Shown: positions 11,986 through 23,169 of the stretch, one piece after another
How the letters are laid out: each line of letters opens with the position of its first letter
How positions within the stretch are numbered: position 1 is the stretch's first letter
Assembly (NCBI RefSeq): GCF_963921235.1
Contig: NC_086097.1
Span: 256,062,001 to 256,126,000, forward strand
Source of the DNA: Mobula hypostoma
Lineage: Eukaryota
DNA: 64,000 nt
Reading direction: 5' to 3'
The notes under the pieces: model-generated
What the model was told of the DNA's origin: nothing
Databases searched by the model: none
Seen by the model: only the letters and a program-made list of their open reading frames with translations
Translations under genes and position numbers: made by a program

Positions 11986-14900
11986 CATAGAACATAGAAT
12001 AGTACAGCACAGTACAGGCCCTTCGGCCCATAATGTTGTGCCGACCCTCAAACCCTGCCTCCCATATAAGCCCCCACCTCAGATTCCTCCATATACCTGT
12101 CTAGTAGTCTCTTAAACTTCACTAGTGTATCTGCCTCCACCACTGACTCAGGCAGTGCATTCCACGCACCAACCACTCTCTGAGTAAAAAATCTTCCTCT
12201 AATATCCCCCTTGAACTTCCCACCCCTTACCTTAAAGCCATGTCCTCTTGTATTGAGCAGTGGTGTCCTGGGGAAGAGGTGCTGGCTATCCACTCTATCT
12301 ATTCCTCTTATTATCTTGTACACCTCTATCATGTCTCCTCTCATCCTCCTTCTCTCCAAAGAGTAAAGCCCTAGCTCCCTTAATCTCTGATCATAATGCA
12401 TACTTTCTAAACCAGGCAGCATCCTGGTACATCTCCTCTGCACCCTTTCCAATGCTTCCACATCCTTCCTATAGTGAGGTGACCAGAACTGGACACAATA
12501 CTCCAAGTTTGGCCTAACCAGAGTTTTATAGAGCTGCATCATTACATCGCGACTCTTAAACTCTATCCCTCGACTTATGAAAGCTAACACCCAATAAGCT
12601 TTCTTAACTACCCTATCCACCCATGAGGCAACTTTCAAGGATCTGTAGACATGTACCCCGAGATCCCACTGCTCCTCCACACTACCAAGTATCCTGCCAT
12701 TTACTTTGTACTCTGCCTTGGAGTTTGTCCTTCCAAAGTGTACCCCCTCACACTTCTCCGGGTTGAACTCCATCTGCCACTTCTCAGTACACTTCTGCAT
12801 CCTATCAATGTCTCTCTGCAATCCTTGACAATCCTCTACACTATCTACAACACCACCAACCTTTGTGTCGTCTGCAAACTTGCCAACCCACCCTTCTACC
12901 CCCACATCCAGGTCGTTAATAAAAATCACAAAAAGTTGAGGTCCCAGAACAGATCCTTGTGGGACACCACTAGTCACAATCCTCCAATCTGAATGTACTC
13001 CCTCCACCACCACTCTCTGCCTTCTGCAGGCAAGCCAATTCTGAATCCACCTGGCCAAACTTCCCTGGATCCCATGCCTTCTAACTTTCTGAGTAAGCCT
13101 ACCGTGTGGAACCTTGTCAAATGCCTTACTAAAATCCATAAAGATCACATCTACTGCACTACCCTCATCTATATACCTGGTCATCTCCTCAAAGACCTCT
13201 ATCAGGCTTGTTAGACACGATCTGCCATTCACAAAGCCATGCTGACTGTCCCTGATCAAACCATGATTCTCTAATTGCCTATAGATCCTATCTCTAAGAA
13301 TCTTTTCCAACAGCTTTCCCACCACAGACGTAAGGCTCACTGGTCTATAATTACCAGACTATCCCTACTACCTTTTTTGAACAAGGGAACAACATTCGCC
13401 TCCCTCCAATCATCCGGTACCATTCCCGTGGACAACGAGGACATGAAGATCCTAGCCCGAGGCTCAGCAATCTCTTCTCTTGCCTCATGGAGCAGCCTGG
13501 GGAATATTCTGTCAGGCCCCGGGGACTTATCTGTCCTAATGTATTTTAACAACTCCAATACCTCCTCTCCCTTAATATCAGCATGCTCCAGAACATCAAT
13601 CTCACTCATATTGTCCTCACCATCATCAAGTTCCCTCTCACTGGTGAATACCGAAGAGAAGTATTCATTGAGGACCTCGCTCACTTCCACAGCCTCCAGG
13701 CACATCTTCCCACCTTTAACTCTAACCGGTCCTACCTTCACTCCTGTCATCCTTTTTTTCTTCACATAATTGAAGAATGCCTTGGGGTTTTCCTTTACCC
13801 TACTCGCCAAGGCCTTCTCATGCCCCCTTCTTGCTCTTCTCAGCCCCTTCTTAAGCTCCTTTCTTGCTTCCCTATATTCCTCAATAGACCCAGTTGATCC
13901 TTGCTTCCTAAACCTCATGAATGCTGCCTTCTTCCTCCTGACTAGATTTTCCACCTCACTTGTCACCCATGGTTCCTTCGCCCTACCATTCTTTATCTTC
14001 CTCACTGGGACAAATTTATCCCTAACATCCCGCAAGAGATCTCTAAACATCGACCACATGTCCATAGTACATTTCCCTGCAAAAACATCATCCCAATTCA
14101 CACCCGCAAGTTCTAGCCTTATAGCCTCATAATTTGCCTTTCCCCAATTAAAAATTTTCCTGTCCTCTTTGATTCTATCCTTTTCCATGATAATTACAAA
14201 GGCCAGGGAGCGGTGGTCACTGTCCCCCAGATGCTCACCCACTGAGAGATCTGTGACCTGACCCGGTTCATTACCTAGTACTAGATCTAGTATGGCATTC
14301 CCCCTGGTCGGCCAGCCCACATACTGTGACAGGAATCCATCCTGGACACACTTAACAAATTCTGCCCCATCTAAACTCTTGGAACTAATAAGGTGCCAAT
14401 CAATATTAGGGAAGTTAAAGTCACCCATGATAACAACCCTGTTATTTTTGCACCTTTCCAAAATCTGCCTCCCAATCTGCTCCTCTGTATCTCTGCTGCT
14501 ACCAGGGGGCCTATAGAACACCCCCAGTAGAGTAACTGCTCCCTTCCTGTTCCTGACTTCCACCCATATTTACTCAAAAGGGGATCCTTCTACATTACCC
14601 ACCCTTTCTGTAGCTGTAATAGTATCCCTGACCAGTAATGCCACCCCTCCTCCCCTTTTTCCACCCTCTTTATCCCTTTTAAAGCACTGAAATCCAGGAA
14701 TATTGAGAATCCATTCCTGCCCTGGTGCCAGCCAAGTCTCTGTAATGGCCACTACATCATAATTCCATGTATGTATCCAAGCTCTCAGTTCATCACCTTT
14801 GTTCCTGATGCTTCTTGCATTGAGGTACACACATTTCAGCCCTTCTACCTTACTGCCTTTACACCATTTATTCTGCTTCTCTTTCCTCAAAGACTCTCTG

Positions 14901-17488
14901 TATGTTAGATCTGGCTTTACTCCATGCACTTAGAACCATAGAACCATAGAAACCACAGCACAGAAACAGGCCCTTTAGCCATTCTTGGCTGTGCCGAACC
15001 ATTTTCTGCCTAGTCCTACTGACCTGCACACGGACCATATCTCTCCATACACCTCCCATCCCTGTATCTGTCCAATTTATTCTTAAATGTTAAAAAAGAA
15101 CCCACATTTACCACCTCGTCTGGCAGCTCATTCCATACTCCCACCACTCTCTGTGTGAAGAAGCCCCCGCTAATGTTCCCTTTAAACTTTTCCCCCCTCA
15201 CCCTTAACCCATGTCCTCTGGTTTTTTTCTCCCCTTGCCTCAGTGGAAAAAGCCTGCTTGCATTCACTCTATCTATACCCATCATAATTTTATATACCTC
15301 TATCAAATCTCCCCTCATTCTTCTACGCTCCAGGGAATAAAGTCCTAACCTATTCAACCTTTCTCTGTAACTGAGTTTCTCAAGTCCCGGCAACGTCCTT
15401 GTAAACCTTCTCTGCACTCTTTCAACCTTATTTATATCCTTCCTGTAATTTGGTGACCAAAACTGAACACAATACTCCAGATTCGGCTTCACCAATGCCT
15501 TATACAACCTCATTATAACATTCCAGCTCTTATACTCAATACTTCGATTAATAAAGGCCAATGTACCAAAAGCTCTCTTTACGACCCTATCTACCTGTGA
15601 CGACACTTTTAGGGAATTTTGTATCTGTATTCCCAGATCCCTCTGTTCCACTGCACTCCTCAGTGTCTTACCATTAACCCTGTATGTTCTATGTTGGTTT
15701 GTCCTTCCAACGTGCAATACCTCACACTTGTCAGTATTAAACTCCATCTGCCATTTTTCAGCCCGTTTCCAGCTGGTCCAAGTCCCTCTGCAGGCTCTGA
15801 AAACCTTCCTCACTGTCTACTACACCTCCAATCTCTGTATCATCAGCAAACTTGCTGATCCAATTTACCACATTATCATCCAGATCATTGATATAGATGA
15901 CAAATAACAATGGACCCAGCACTGATCCCTGTGGCACACCACTAGTCACAGGCCTCCACTCAGAGAAGCAATTTTCTACCACCACTCTCTGGCTTCTTCC
16001 ATCGAGCCAATGTCTAATCCAATTTACCACCTCTCCATGTATACCTAGCAACTGAATTTTCCTAACTAACCTCCCATGCGGGACCTTGTCAAAGGCCTTA
16101 CTGAAGTCCATGTAGACAATATCCACTGCCTTCCCTTCATCCACTTTCCTGGTAACCTCCTCGAAAAACTCCAACAGATTGGTCAAACATGACCTACCAT
16201 GCACAAAGCCATGTTGACTCTCCCTAATAAGCCCCTGTCTATCCAAATGCTTGTAGATTCTGTCTCTTAGTACTCCCTCCAATAACTTACCTACTACTGA
16301 CGTTAAACTCACCGGCCTATAATTTCCTGGATTACTTTTCGATCCTTTTTTAAACATAGAACAACATGAGCCACTCTCCAATCCTCCGGCACTTCACCCA
16401 TACACAGCGACATTTTAAATATTTCTGCCAGGGCCCCCGCAATTTCAACACCAGTCTCCTTCAAGGTCCGAGGGAACACTCTGTCAGGTCCCGGGGATTT
16501 ATCCACTTTAATTTTCCTCAGACAGCAAGGACCTCCTCCTTTTCGATCTGTACAGTTTCCATGGTCTCACTGCTTGATTCCCTCAATTCCATAGATTTCA
16601 TGCCAGCTTCCTTAGTAAATACAGACACAAAAAACCTATTTAAGATCTCCCCCATTTCCTTTGGTTCTGCACAAAGCCGACCACTCTGATCTTCAAGAGG
16701 ACCAATTTTATCCCTTACAATCCTTTTGCTCTTAATATACTTGTAAAAGCTCTTTGGATTATCCTTCACTTTGACTGCAAGGCAAACTTCTTTCACTGCT
16801 CTATTGCTCTGGGTCCCATCCCCCTCGCCAATTAGTTTAAACCCTCCCGAACCATGCCAGCAAACCTACCTGCAAGGATATTGCTCCCCCTCGAGTTCAG
16901 GTGCAACCCATCCAATCTGTACAGGTCCCACCTTCCCCAGAAGAGATCCCAGTGATCTAAAAATCTAAAACCCTGCTCCCTGCACCAACTCCTCAGCCAC
17001 GCATTCAACTGCCATCTCCTCCAATTCTTACCATCTCTGTCACGTGTACTGGCAGCAATCCTGAGAACGTCACCCTTGAGGTCCTGTTCTTCAGCCTTCT
17101 GCCTAATTCCTGAAACTCACACTTCAGGACCTCATCCCTCTTCCTGCCTATGTCGTTGGTCCCAACATGTATCATGACTTCTGGTTGCTTTCCCTCTCGT
17201 ACCAAGATGTCGTGCACCCGGTCAGAGACATCCTGGACCCTGGCACCCAGGAGGCAACAAACCATGCGGGTGTCCTTTTCACGCCCACAAAATCTCCTGT
17301 CTGCTCCCCTGACTATAGAGTCTCCAATGACGACAGCTCTCCTCTTCTCCGTCCCACCCTTCTGTACCACAGGGTCAGACTCAGTGCCGGAGGCCCTGCC
17401 ACCGTGGCTCACACCTGGCCAGTCGTCCCCGCCAACAGTATCCAGGACGGTAAACTTATTATTCAGGGGAATGGCTACAGGGGTGCTC
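11986..17488 (-). mobile_element. CR1 subfamily A, near full length (ORF1 esterase, EN, RT, TTCTATG tail), itself split by a subfamily-B copy
   Basis: ORFs 17005..17412 (ORF1, GDS…GTND), 14570..14929 and 13337..14563 (EN), 12048..13340 (RT to …MGGRV). ORF2 is broken by one stop and one frameshift. Confidence 0.92.
14932..16785 (-). mobile_element. CR1 subfamily B, 5'-truncated (RT and 3' UTR)
   Basis: ORFs 15758..16381 and 15016..15813; (TTCTATGG) tail; flanked by ACTT at 14928-14931 and 16786-16789. Confidence 0.9.
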
Positions 17489-17498
17489 TAAGAAGATA

Positions 17499-18511
17499 GC
17501 TATAAGAAGATAGCAAAGCGTTTTCAGGTAGCCGTTTCCTCAGTTCGTAACGTAATTAAGAAATGGCAATTAACAGGAACAATGGAGGTCAAGTTGAGGT
17601 CTGGAAGACCAAAATAACTTTCCGAGAGAACTGCTCGTAAGATTGCTAGAAAGGCAAATCAAAACCCCCTTTTGACTGCAAAAGACCTTCAGGAAGATTT
17701 AGCAGACTCTGGAGTGGTGGTGCACTGTTCTACTGTGCAGCGATACCTGCACAAATATGACCTTCATGGAAGAGTCATCAGAAGAAAACCTCTCTTGCGT
17801 CCTCACCACAAAATTCAGCTTCAGAAATTTGCAAAGGAACAAATAAACAAGCCTGATGCATTTTGGAAACAAGTCTTGTGGACTGATGAAGTTAAAATAG
17901 AACTTTTTGTCCACAATGAACAAAGGTATGTTTGGAGAGAAAAGGGTGCAGAATTTCATGAAAAGAACACCTCTCCAACTGTTAAGCACGGGTGTGAATC
18001 GATCATGCTTTGGGCTTGTGTTGCAGCCAGTGGGACGGGGAACATTTCACTGGTAGAGGGAAGAACGAATTCAATTAAATACCAGCAAATTCTGGAAGCA
18101 AACATCACACCGTCTGTAAAAAAGCTGAAGATGAAAAGGGGATGGCTTCTACAACAGGATAATGATCCTAAACACACCTCAAAATCCACAACGGACTACC
18201 TCAAGAGGCACAAGCTGAAGGTTTTGCCATGGCCCTCACAATCCCCTGACCTAAACATAATCGAAAATCTGTGGATAGACCTCAAAAAAGTAGTGCATGC
18301 AAGACAGCCCAAGAATCTCACAGAATTAGAAGCCTTTTGCAAGGAAGAATGGGCGAAAATCCCCCAAACAAGAATTGAAAGACTCTTCGCTGGCTACAGA
18401 AAGCATTTACAAGCTGTGATACTGGCCAAAGGGCGTGTTACTACTGACCATGGAGGGTGCCCAAACTTCTGCTTCGGGCCCTTTTCCTTTTTTGTTATTT
18501 TGAAACTGTAA
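17499..18511 (+). pseudogene. Tc1 transposase pseudogene (N-terminal codons at about 11920-11985)
   Basis: ORF 17672..18511 carries the DDE domain. In-frame TAA after GRP(K) at about 17615, and the N-terminus is separated by the CR1 insertion. Confidence 0.88.
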
Positions 18512-18685
18512 AAGATGAAAATAAAAAAGTATTCTTGCTTAAAATATTAAAGAAATGTGTCATCTTTAACTTCATGCCTTTTGGAAATCAGGTATAATCT
18601 TTTACTCGCCTAGCTATTCACAGTAACAGAAATTTTGACCAGGGGTGCCCAAACTTTTGCATGCCACTGTATGTCTTATGGTCTT

Positions 18686-20760
18686 AAGAAATAAAGGGGT
18701 TGACTATTTTCTAAATGGAAAGAAAATACAAAAAACTTAGGTGCAAAGGGACTTGGGAGTTGTTGTGTAGGATTCCTTAACGGTTAATTTGCAGGCCAAG
18801 TCTGTGGTGAGGAAGGCAAATACAATGTTAGCATTTCCTCTCCACATCCACTCCATCAAGGCCTTTCATCATTTGATAGATTTCATTGAGTTCACTCCTC
18901 TTTCTTCTGAGTTCTAGTGAACACAGGCCCAGAGCCTTCAAACTCTATTCCATAAGACCATAAGATATAGGAGCAGAAGTAGGCCATTCGGCCCATCAAG
19001 TCTGTTCCACCATTCAATCATGGGCTGATACATTTCTTCCCATCATTCCCACTCCCCTGCCTTCACCCCATACCCTTTGATGCCCAGCGAATCAAGAACC
19101 TATCTATCTCTGCCTTAAATACACCCAATAACTTGGCCTCCACAGCCACTTGTAGCAACAAATTACACAGATTTACCACCCTCTGACTAAAGTAATTTCA
19201 CCGCATCTCTATTCGAAAAGGATGTCCTTCAATCCTGAAGTCATGTCCTCTTGTCCTAGAATCTCCTACCATGGGAAATAACTTTGCCACATCTACAAAC
19301 GTTTGTAATCTGTTCAGGCGTTTTAACTGGAACGTTTCTATGAGATCCCCCCTCATTCTCCTGAACTCCAGGGAATATAGCCCAAGAGCTGGCAGACGTT
19401 CCTCATACGGTAACCCTCTCATTCCTATTCAATCCTGGAATCTTTTTCGTGAAACTCGTTTGAATCCTCTATAGTTTCAGCACATCTTTTCTAAGATAAG
19501 GGGCTCAAACCAGCTCACAATACTCCAAAGTGAGGCCTCACCAGTGCTTTATAAACTCCCATTCTTGCTTTTATATTCTAGACCTCTTGGAACGAATGTA
19601 AAATTTGCCTTCCTCACTGCAGACTCATCCTGCAAATTAACCGTTTGGGAATCCTGCACAAGCACTCCCAAATCCCTTTGTGCCTCAGTTTTTTGTATTT
19701 TCTCTCCATTTAGAAAATAATCAACCCTTTTATTTCTTCTATCAAAGAGCATGACCATTCACTTCCTGACACTGTGTTCCATCTGCCACTTCTTTGCCCA
19801 TTCTTGACAGGCAGGAGGAGAAGATGGTGGCACGCCACGTGTGCGCAGCTCTCCGGTGAAAATGATATCGTATCCATTAAATAGGGGCCGTGGACAATTC
19901 TGATGTGATGGAGAATGGACGTGAAAGCACAGAGGAACATCTGGAGAAATTTCTGAAACGCCCATTCGCTGCTGTCATTACTGTGTGGTCGTGAATCTTT
20001 CAGAGGGTAGGCCTCAAAATCCCCGGCCTTGCCTGCTTTTGGTGACCGAGAAGGAGGTCGAATCGCTCAGACAGAGATGGCGCTCAGTACTCGGTGTCGG
20101 AGAGCTGATCGGAGCTCGAAGTTTTTGGATGACTCAGAGTCGGATTGTGTTCAGCATGGCAGGGAGAATTTTTCTTCCTTCTCCAGTCTGCGTGAGATGT
20201 GGGACATTTGAGAAACTTTGAACTTTACTGTGCTCACAGACTTTCTTCATCAAGTTATGGTATTGTGCACTGTTGTAACTATATGTTATAATTATGTGGT
20301 CTTGTCAGTTTTTTCAGTCTTGGTTTGTCCTCTGTTTTGTGATATCACACTGGAGGAAATAATGTATCATTTCTTAATGCATGCATTACTAAATGACAAT
20401 AAAAGAGGACTATGTGTCTTCATAATCATAATCATAACCTGTCTATGTCCTTCTATAGCCTCTCTGCTTCCTCAAAACTTCCTGCTCCTCCATATCATCT
20501 GCAAACTTTGCAAAAAAGCCATCAATTCCATCATCCAAATCTTTGACATAACATAAAAAGAATCAGTCCTAACGCAGACCCCTGTGGAACACCACTAGTC
20601 ACTGACAGCCAATGAGAAAAAGCTCCCTTTTTCCCAATCAGCCACTGCTTTACCCTTGTAGAATCTTTCCTGTAATACCATGGGCTCATAGCTTGTTAAG
20701 CTGCCTTATGTGTGCACTTTTTCAGAGGCCTTCTGAAAATCCAAGTATAGAACATCAAGT
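18686..20760. mobile_element. Decayed CR1 fragments, mostly minus strand
   Basis: RT C-terminal peptides (LGLYSLEFRRMRGDLIETF) and tail repeat cataagaccataaga at about 18951. Confidence 0.75.
19806..20436 (+). mobile_element. Non-coding, non-autonomous retro-insert with AATAAA and (TCATAA)n tail
   Basis: Interrupts a CR1 that resumes at taacctgtct. 5' GAAGATGG(C/T)GG motif; 3' aatgacaataaaag…tcataatcataatcataa. Confidence 0.6.
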
Positions 20761-22240
20761 TCAAGAAATGGCTAGGAAATTATAGGCCGATGAGCCTGAC
20801 ATCAGTAGTGGGAAAGTTACTGGAAGCTATTCTAAGGGACTGGATATACAGGTATTTGGATAGACATAGAATAATTGGAGTTAGTCAGCATGGCTTCATG
20901 TACGTTAGGTCATGTCTAACCAGTCTTACAGTGTTTTTCAATGAAGTTACCAGGAAAGTTGATGAAGACAAGGCAGTGGATGTTGTCCACATGAACTTTA
21001 GCAAGGCAGTTGACAAGGTTCCATATGGGAGGTTGGTCAGAAGCTTCCCATTCAATTGGATTAACATTGACTTTGTGGGAGAAGTCAGAGAATGGTAGTA
21101 GAAGGTCACCTCTCTGACTAGTCAAGTCCCACAGGAATTGGTGCTGGGTCTGTTGTTATTTGTTATCTATATCAGTGATCTGGTTGATAATGTGGTTAAC
21201 TAGATCAGCAAATTTGCAGACGAAACCAAGGTTTGAGGTGTAGTGGACACTGAGGAAGATCATTTGAACTTGCAGTGAGATCTAGACCAGCTAGAAAAAT
21301 AGGCTGAAAAATGGCAGAGGGAATTTAATGTAGACAAGTCCAAGGTGTTGCACTTCAGTAGAACCAACCAGGGTAGATCTTACACAGTGAAAAGCTGGGC
21401 ATTGAGGAGTGGGGTAGAATAAAGGGATCTGGGAATACAGGTCCTTAATTCGTTGAAAGTGGCATCACAGGTAGATAGAATCATAAAGAAATCTTTTGAA
21501 ACATTGGCCTTCATAAATCAAAGTAGTGAGCACTGGAGATGAGATGTTGTGTTGATGTTGCATAAGATGTTGGTGAGGCCTAATTTGGAGTATTGTGTGC
21601 AGTTTTTGCCACATACCTACAGGAAAGATGTACACAAGATTGAAAGAGTACAGGGAAAATTTACAAGGATGTTGCTTAGACTAGAGGGCCTGCATTTTCT
21701 GGAAAGATTGAATAAGTTGGGAGTTTATTCCTCGGAAAATTTCAAAGTTCAAAGTAAATTTTGTTATCAAAATATCCATATGCCACCATATACAACTCTG
21801 AAATTCATCTTCCTGCAGGCATACTCAGCAAATCTACAGAATAGTGACTATAACATTGAAGATTGAGGGGAGATTTGAAAGAAGTATACAAAATTATGAG
21901 GGGTACAGATAGGGTAAATGCAAGCAGTCTTTTTTCACTGAGGTGAGTCAGTCTACAACTATAAGTCATGGGTTAAAGGTGAAAGGTGAAAAATTTAATG
22001 GGAACATGAAGGGAAACTTCTTCACTCAGAGGGTTGTGAGAATATGGAACAAGCTGCCAGTGCAAGTAGTGTAAGTCAGCTTGATTTCAACGTTTAGGAG
22101 AAGTTTGGCTAGGTGCATCGATAACAGGGATATGGGTGGCCAAGGCCCGGGTGCAGGCCGATGGGGTCGAGGCAGTTTAAATGGTTCAGCATGAGCAGAT
22201 TGACCCAGAGGGCCTGTTTCAAAGCTGTACTTTTCCATTA
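20761..22240 (+). mobile_element. Old CR1 RT and 3' end, with a small minus-strand LINE tail insert at about 21740-21855
   Basis: ORFs 20790..21098 and 21549..21866; many stops. Confidence 0.78.
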
Positions 22241-22285
22241 CTTTATTCATTCCGCATAATCCTCAACAGGAACGGAATAGTGAAA

Positions 22286-22515
22286 GATACACAAATAGCA
22301 TTAAGAACTCAGCAGGTCAGGCAGCATCTAAAGAGGGGAATAAACAGTCGATGTTTTGGGTCACAACCCTTCATCAGGACTCTCCACATCAGTGTCTCGG
22401 CCTGAAACACTGACAGATTATGTCCCTCCTTCGATGCTGCCTGACCTGCTGAGTTCCTCCAGCATTTTGTGTGTGCTTATCCGTATTTTCAGCATCTACA
22501 GGATCACTTGCGTTT
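22286..22515. mobile_element. Inverted pair of Penelope-like pseudo-LTR termini
   Basis: Perfect 24-bp inverted repeat at 22305-22328 and 22433-22456 within longer imperfect arms; decayed hammerhead at 22345-22381 (minus strand). Confidence 0.75.
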
Positions 22516-22555
22516 CTGAACAGAGAAAGATTTGAAATAAGTGAGATGAGCTTAC

Positions 22556-22673
22556 CCAGGATGAACTTGAGTTATAGCAGGGTACTTGTTGCTGTGCCAC
22601 ACTCTGAAGTTGTGTGTATTCCTCCAGGCAGCAACAAACGGGAGGCCATAGTCTGCCAACATTCTTTCATTAT
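22556..22673 (-). CDS. AVL9: AVL9 internal coding exon (118 bp, phase 1/2): (D)NERMLADYGLPFVAAWRNTHNFRVWHSNKYPAITQVHP(G); not in the supplied ORF track
   Basis: Read manually on the minus strand: acceptor tctgtAG|AT, donor CCTGG|GTaagc. The G from the previous exon plus AT gives GAT (Asp). The peptide resembles the recalled vertebrate AVL9 segment DNEKILSDYGTTFVTAWKNTHNYRVWNSNKHP. Confidence 0.9.
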
Positions 22674-23169
22674 CTACAGAGCAAGCAGAGATATTTAGAT
22701 ATATTGCTTTATCACAACTGTAAATAACATTCAGCCAGCAATGCAGTCAGAATATGATAAAGAATTGAATATTAATGTAATGCCATAATTCATGGAGTTA
22801 CAGAAGGCAACAGCAGTGAAAAGGCCAAAAATACCTTCCCATCAGCCCTGCTCACCGGTTGGCTTTCCCACACCACTAAAATTTATTTCCTTTAAGTTAG
22901 GATTCCCTTTTGTAAGCCACAAGTGAGTCTAGCCATTCTTACAGTCAGACCACACAGTCCAAATGTTAAGCATACTACACAAACAACATAATTTTTCCAA
23001 TGGTCTTTGGTTCCTTTCCTAAGCAACTTAAACCTAAGTCCAAATGAGGAAAGGATAAAGAAAAACAATGTAAAATAATCAAAGAGATTTCATGGCACTA
23101 TTATCATTTCAAGGTCACTACTTCTCTTTTCAACTAGTTCTGTGACCTTCTGATAAATAGACTAAAATC

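Larger units (their letters stand above)
11545..18669 (+). mobile_element. Complete Tc1-family transposon (about 1.6 kb native, IR/DR ends, DD34E), split by about 5.5 kb of CR1 insertions
   Basis: Left TIR cactggcatgcaaaagcttgggtacc and right TIR ggtgcccaaacttttgcatgccactg followed by TA. Inner DRs at about 11737 and 18455. Transposase motifs WTDE, QDND and SPDLNIIE with 34 residues between the second D and E. Confidence 0.92.

Noticed and set aside
11982..12003. Short tandem repeats (catagaa)n and similar as CRISPR or satellite arrays
   Set aside because: They are 2-3-unit LINE 3' tails with no spacers and no cas genes.
14279..14292. Perfect palindrome TACTAGATCTAGTA
   Set aside because: It lies within CR1 EN coding sequence (ILDLV) and is not preserved in the sister copy at about 39837-39850.
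12048..14929. Long RT/endonuclease ORFs as an active LINE, or as a bacterial retron/group II intron/RT defence system
   Set aside because: Motifs and tails are CR1-type, the context is a vertebrate intron, and ORF2 is broken by a stop and a frameshift. No intact element exists in the window.
1..22555. Further downstream AVL9 exons
   Set aside because: No HPFQGQYS-like or later AVL9 peptide was seen. The region appears fully repeat-derived, although a very small exon could be missed by eye.
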